10,600 bases of DNA. It comes from Armatimonadota bacterium. GTDB lineage: Bacteria > Sysuimicrobiota > Sysuimicrobiia > Sysuimicrobiales > Humicultoraceae. The notes under the pieces are model-generated. The model ran no database searches. It was not told where the DNA came from and saw nothing but the letters and a program-made list of their open reading frames with translations. Positions within the stretch are counted from its first letter, which is position 1; every line of letters starts with the position of its first letter. Positions 6,736 through 10,600 of the stretch are shown in pieces. Location of the stretch: NCBI GenBank assembly GCA_052386995.1, contig JBQTJP010000010.1, positions 1 through 10,600 of the forward strand, in the 5' to 3' direction. The position numbers were made by a program, and so were the translations under genes.

Positions 6736-7654
6736 GCAGCGGCACAGCCCGCAGATACAGGAACGCCAGAGCGGCCCCCAGGGCCAGGGTAACGACGGCC
6801 AGGGCGGCCGCGAGGCCGCCGTCGAAGTAGCGGAACGACGTGCGGTAGAGCAGCAGCCCCAGCGGTGTGGTCGTCGTGCCCGGCCCGCCGCCCGTCAGGG
6901 AGAAGATGAGATCGAAGACCCTGAGCTTGATGATCGTCTGAAAGAGCACAACCACCGTCAGCGATGGGATCAGCAGCGGCAGCGTGACGTAGCGGATCTC
7001 CTGAAGGGTAGAGGCTCCGTCAATTCTCGCGGCCTCGAACACCTCGGCGGGCAGCGCGGCCAGACCCGCAAGCAGAATGAGCATGGCGAATGGTGTAGAC
7101 CGCCACACCTCAGTAATGATGGCAGCCCACACCGCGGCGGTCGGTTCCGCCAACCAGGAGACCTCTGCCAGCCCGACCGCGCGCAGCAGGAAGTTCACGA
7201 CGCCGTACCCGCGTGCCCACATTAGGCGCCACCCCAGCCCCACGGCGATCGGCGCCATCATGTACGGCAGCAAGAGCAGGGCCACCACGACGCTGCGCCC
7301 GCGCCGCAGCGGCCGGACGAGCAGGGCGCTCGCCAGTCCCAGTACCAGCGTGAGCGTCACGGACGCCGCCGTAAACTCCAGCGTGAAACGCAGCGATTCC
7401 CAAAACGGGATTGCCCGGCCAAAGAACAGGTCGCGGAAGTTCGCCAGGCCGACGAACCGCCGCACGTCTGGCGCCGTCAACTCCCAGTTCAGCAGCGCGA
7501 GAATCGCGTTCCAGACGAGTGGGTAGATCGTGATGACGGCGAGAAGGAGGAACGCGGGGACCAGCAGGAGATATGGCGTGGCCCGCGTCAGGGTATGGAG
7601 GCGACGCCCTTCGATCTCCGCGCCCGCCCTCCGCACCGGTGAGATGATGCTCAA
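6722..7654 (-). CDS. Carbohydrate ABC transporter permease (CUT1, MalF-like)
   Basis: PYLLLVPAF, FVGLANF, EAA loop EVFEAARIDGAS and FDLIFSLTGGGPG. TTG start; overlaps the next permease by 14 nt. Confidence 0.93.
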   Translation of the reverse strand: MSIISPVRRAGAEIEGRRLHTLTRATPYLLLVPAFLLLAVITIYPLVWNAILALLNWELTAPDVRRFVGLANFRDLFFGRAIPFWESLRFTLEFTAASVTLTLVLGLASALLVRPLRRGRSVVVALLLLPYMMAPIAVGLGWRLMWARGYGVVNFLLRAVGLAEVSWLAEPTAAVWAAIITEVWRSTPFAMLILLAGLAALPAEVFEAARIDGASTLQEIRYVTLPLLIPSLTVVVLFQTIIKLRVFDLIFSLTGGGPGTTTTPLGLLLYRTSFRYFDGGLAAALAVVTLALGAALAFLYLRAVPLREEA

Positions 7655-7698
7655 CCGCCCTCTGCCCGGCGCCTGTTCCGGACCGGGCCTCCGTTACC

Positions 7699-8985
7699 CT
7701 AGCGGCCTGAGAGGAGCGGTGTGATGCGCCGGCACATTGCCTCAACAGCCTGCTCCGGGACCTTCCGGCCGAGGAGCGCACCGGTGTGCTCCTCAAAGAT
7801 GATGTCTTGCATGCGCTGCCACTGTACGTGTGACTCGCTCGTGGACACGCGCATGGCCTCCAACACAATTGGCGCCAGCGGGAAGTCCTCAATGTACTGC
7901 CTGCTCTTATAGATCCCGATGCGCACGGGCCCATTAGCAAACCTGATTGCCATCCGCGTCTGATTAGCGGGGTCGGTCAGCGCCTCAATCACCTTCCAGG
8001 CCGCATCCTTGTTCCTGCTGTTCTTGTCCATCGTCAGGTACCAAACCGAGTTCAACGACCGTCCGGGGGGCACACCGCGCACCGTCGGCATGGGCGCGAA
8101 TCCCGTCTTGCCCACCACCACGGATCTGCGCGCGTCCTCGAACAACCCGAAGTACGGGCTAAAGCCGACCGTCATCGCGACGCGGCCCTGCTGGAAGGCT
8201 ACGATCTGCTCGTCACGGCCGTACGCCACCATGTCCGGGGGCGCGGCCCCGCTTTTGACCAGATCCACTAGGAACTTTTCTGCCGCAACGCCGTCCGCGC
8301 GATCGAGAAGGCACGCGCGCTTGGCCGGATCCATGACCCGGCCCCCGTGCGCATACAGGTACCGGAGGAAATCCTCGACCGCTGTGAAGGGGTCCTTGGC
8401 CCGCTGCACGAGGGCAAACGCATCGACCTTGCCGTCCCTCTTAGCCTCAGCGATACGCTTCGCGGTCTCCATGAGTTCGGTCAGCGTCGTGGGGACCTGC
8501 AGTCGCAGCTGATCGAGGATGTCTTTGCGATAGAAGAGCAGGCCGACACCGGCACGGAACGGGATGGCCACCAGCGGACCCCCGGTCGGCACCCGGCCTA
8601 CCGCCATGAGGGAGGGAATGATGTCTTCGGCGTTGTAGCCGGGGGCGACCTTGTCGAAGAACCCATCGAGCGGCTGGAGTAACGCAGCGTGCCGCTCGTG
8701 GAGGTCGCGATCGAGGATGGTCACGACGTCGTATCGCCCGGATTTGGCGATCCACTCCAGCGTGGCCTTCTCGACAAGCTGATCGGTTGCGGTGACCACC
8801 TCGACCTGAAAGTCGTGGCGTTGCGCCACCTCGTGGATGACACCCGTTTCTCCTCCGGTGGCCCGGTACAGAGTCGGGTGAATCAGCACGCCGATCCTCG
8901 CGGCCGGTCCGGCGGTCCCAAGACCAGACAGTGCGGCTATGAGAACAGCCAGGGTCAGCAATTGTAAGACAATCCGCCTTCTCAT
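7699..8985 (-). CDS. Sugar ABC transporter substrate-binding protein (CUT1)
   Basis: 428 aa. Sec-type signal peptide without a lipobox Cys. Motifs LFYRKDIL, VPTTLTELMETAK, FQQGRVAM and KNKDAAWK-like RNKDAAWKVI. Confidence 0.92.
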   Translation of the reverse strand: MRRRIVLQLLTLAVLIAALSGLGTAGPAARIGVLIHPTLYRATGGETGVIHEVAQRHDFQVEVVTATDQLVEKATLEWIAKSGRYDVVTILDRDLHERHAALLQPLDGFFDKVAPGYNAEDIIPSLMAVGRVPTGGPLVAIPFRAGVGLLFYRKDILDQLRLQVPTTLTELMETAKRIAEAKRDGKVDAFALVQRAKDPFTAVEDFLRYLYAHGGRVMDPAKRACLLDRADGVAAEKFLVDLVKSGAAPPDMVAYGRDEQIVAFQQGRVAMTVGFSPYFGLFEDARRSVVVGKTGFAPMPTVRGVPPGRSLNSVWYLTMDKNSRNKDAAWKVIEALTDPANQTRMAIRFANGPVRIGIYKSRQYIEDFPLAPIVLEAMRVSTSESHVQWQRMQDIIFEEHTGALLGRKVPEQAVEAMCRRITPLLSGR

Positions 8986-9031
8986 CGGTTTTCATCTCGC
9001 TTCCGGTCACACTGCAATGCCACGGCTTCGT

Positions 9032-9060
9032 AGAATAGAACATGTGGGCAGTATCGAAAA
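9032..9060 (-). promoter_or_regulatory. Weak candidate sigma70 promoter of the ABC operon
   Basis: Minus strand TTTTCG-17 nt-TATTCT, about 46 nt upstream of the binding-protein ATG. The -35 match is poor. Confidence 0.25.
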
Positions 9061-9068
9061 CGCTTCAT

Positions 9069-10472
9069 CCGAGTTTCCGTTTTGGATTCCCGAACTCCTC
9101 CCGTCGGAGAGAGCCAAGCCGATTTTTCAGCGCCGACCGTGCACGGCGGCTCCCAGAAAGCCCCATCCTGACCCTCCCAAACCCCCAGCCCTGGGGTGGC
9201 CGTGGACTTGCCAGCCGATTTCTCGGACACCGCACCCACCCGGCCTCCATTCTGCCCGCTTTGGCTGCACCGATAGTGTCTGCTACCCCGCAGGTCCAGG
9301 GAGCGCCTCAAGCCGCCGCAGGATCGCCCGAACAGCCGCCGCGTCAGGTGCCCTTCGGCCAGCAGCAGCCAGTAGTAGCGGGCGTGTTTGACCAGACGGC
9401 CACCCGTCTTCATCACCGCCTCCTTGCCGGCCTTGATCCATTGCTCCGCCGTCCCCACCGCCCGGCTGTCCGTCTCCAGGGGTTGTCACGATGAAACCCA
9501 CCCGGGGGAACAGTTCCTCACAGTGAAACTCGACCTTCGCCACTACCCGCCGCGCGATCTTCCAACTCCCGGCCTGGTACCGGAAGCTCTTGTACCGGAC
9601 CACCGGCTTGTGACTGGGTCTTCCCACGGGCCGCGTCAGCAACTCCGCGACGGCCTGTTCCAGCGTCTCGTTGGAGGGGATCCGGATCGCATACTTCACG
9701 CCCCGCGCTTCCAGGGCCTCGTAGACCTCCGGCTTGGCAAAGGCGGCATCGGCCCGGACGACCACGTCCTTGCCTTGCTGCTGCTGCCGCTCGATCTCGG
9801 GCAGAAGCACTTGGTCCCACTGCTCGGCGCTGTGGACGTTGCCCGGCCGCAGCTTCGCTGCCAGACAGTCGCCCTCTCGGTTGAACAATAGCAGCGGGTG
9901 ATAGCAGGTCGACTCGAAGTGTCCGTTGTAGGCGCTCTGCTCCTGCTGGCCGTAGACGGGGATCTCGGTGCTGTCCAGATCGAGCACCACCCGCTGCGGG
10001 GCGTCCACCCTCGCGATCAGCTCCCGGTTGATCGCGGCCAGCCCGGCGAGGTTTTCGTCGCGTGTCAGTAGCTCCGTCTCGAAGGAGTGCACCCGGGACG
10101 TCAGGGCGGCCCCGCGCTCCCAGATCTGCTCCGACCCGATCAGCCGGAAAGTCGGATCGTGGGAGAGACGCTCCGCATCGTTCACGTCCTCATAGCCCGC
10201 CAGCCGGCTGTAGACCGATTGCCGGACCAGGTCGGCGAGCGGGAGCTGGGTGTTCGTGCCCCGAGGGTCGGTCAAGTGCTGCGCGATGAGGTCGCTGAAC
10301 CCCAACCGTTCCTCCAGCTCGCGCACGAGGATCAGGCCGCCATCGGAGGTGACCCGCGACCCCTGGAACTCGACCTTCAACGCGGGGTTGAAAGAGAGCC
10401 GAAAGGGCTGGTCTGGTGTCTCACCCACTGGGTATGCACCTCCACAGCGTCATCATCGCGTTCAAACCCGCA
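9069..10472 (-). mobile_element. IS1380-family insertion sequence, decayed; left end uncertain (~10472 or 10511)
   Basis: Contains the transposase. Candidate right IR is CCGAGTTTCCGTTTTGG at 9069. An IRL-like CCGGTCACTTTCACG reads inward from 10511 but also lies in the membrane-gene frame. No target-site duplication seen. Confidence 0.8.
9283..10428 (-). pseudogene. IS1380-family DDE transposase with two frameshifts and two internal deletions
   Basis: VTSDGGLILVREL, RLAGYEDVNDAERL, LDLDST, YNGHFESTCYHPLL, LRPGNVHSA and VRADAAFA. After FIVT the conserved GTAEQWIK and KTGGRLVKHARYYWLLLAEGHLTRRLF lie in another frame (ORF 8982..9458). Confidence 0.92.
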
Positions 10473-10473
10473 C

Positions 10474-10600
10474 TATTCGCTTCTCTTTCCCCGATACGTG
10501 AAAGTGACCGGATCGGCGGCGTCGGCGATCGTCTACGGAGCCCTGACGTATGCGGGGCTGCACTTCTTCGAGTACTGGACAGTGTATGATTCTGTGGCCA
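10474..10600 (+). pseudogene. 3' fragment of a multi-TM membrane protein (CPBP/Abi-like), continuing beyond the window
   Basis: Open frame YSLLFPRYVKVTGSAASAIVYGALTYAGLHFFEYWTVYDSVA with no start codon or RBS of its own. TGS...AIVYGALTYAGLH resembles the CPBP F/Y-x-x-x-H helix. Confidence 0.6.

Noticed and set aside
8982..9458. 158-aa minus-strand ORF as an independent gene
   Set aside because: Its first ~45 aa are the frameshifted transposase C-terminus; the rest is read-through across IS non-coding sequence.
9002..10512. 9-bp inverted repeat TCCGGTCAC (9002-9010) / GTGACCGGA (10504-10512) as the IS ends
   Set aside because: Short enough to occur by chance, has no flanking duplication, and would place the IS end 17 nt from the binding-protein start. 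Not fully excluded.
1..10600. CRISPR arrays, tRNA/rRNA genes, integron integrase
   Set aside because: No regularly spaced direct repeats, RNA-gene signatures or tyrosine-recombinase ORF seen.

Overview
GC-rich bacterial accessory region, almost all on the minus strand, with much rearrangement debris. Left part (1-2230): the start of a BNR/Asp-box beta-propeller gene, a small SnoaL-like fragment, a class III nucleotide cyclase fused to a low-GC G-x-x-N beta-solenoid tail, and an HhH glycosylase-like gene followed by a degenerate integron attC-like site. Middle (2248-3990): an ECF42 sigma factor with its DGPF/YciI partner and a matching TGTCGA-N17-CGAC promoter. Right part (4005-10600): a plus-strand multi-TM membrane gene that appears split, with its 5' part at 4005-~4280 and its 3' part from ~10474. 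Between the halves is a ~6.2 kb block holding an IclR remnant, an FAD-dependent oxidoreductase, a carbohydrate ABC transporter (binding protein and two permeases, no ATPase) and a decayed IS1380 element. All family calls are from motif recognition by eye; no searches were run.
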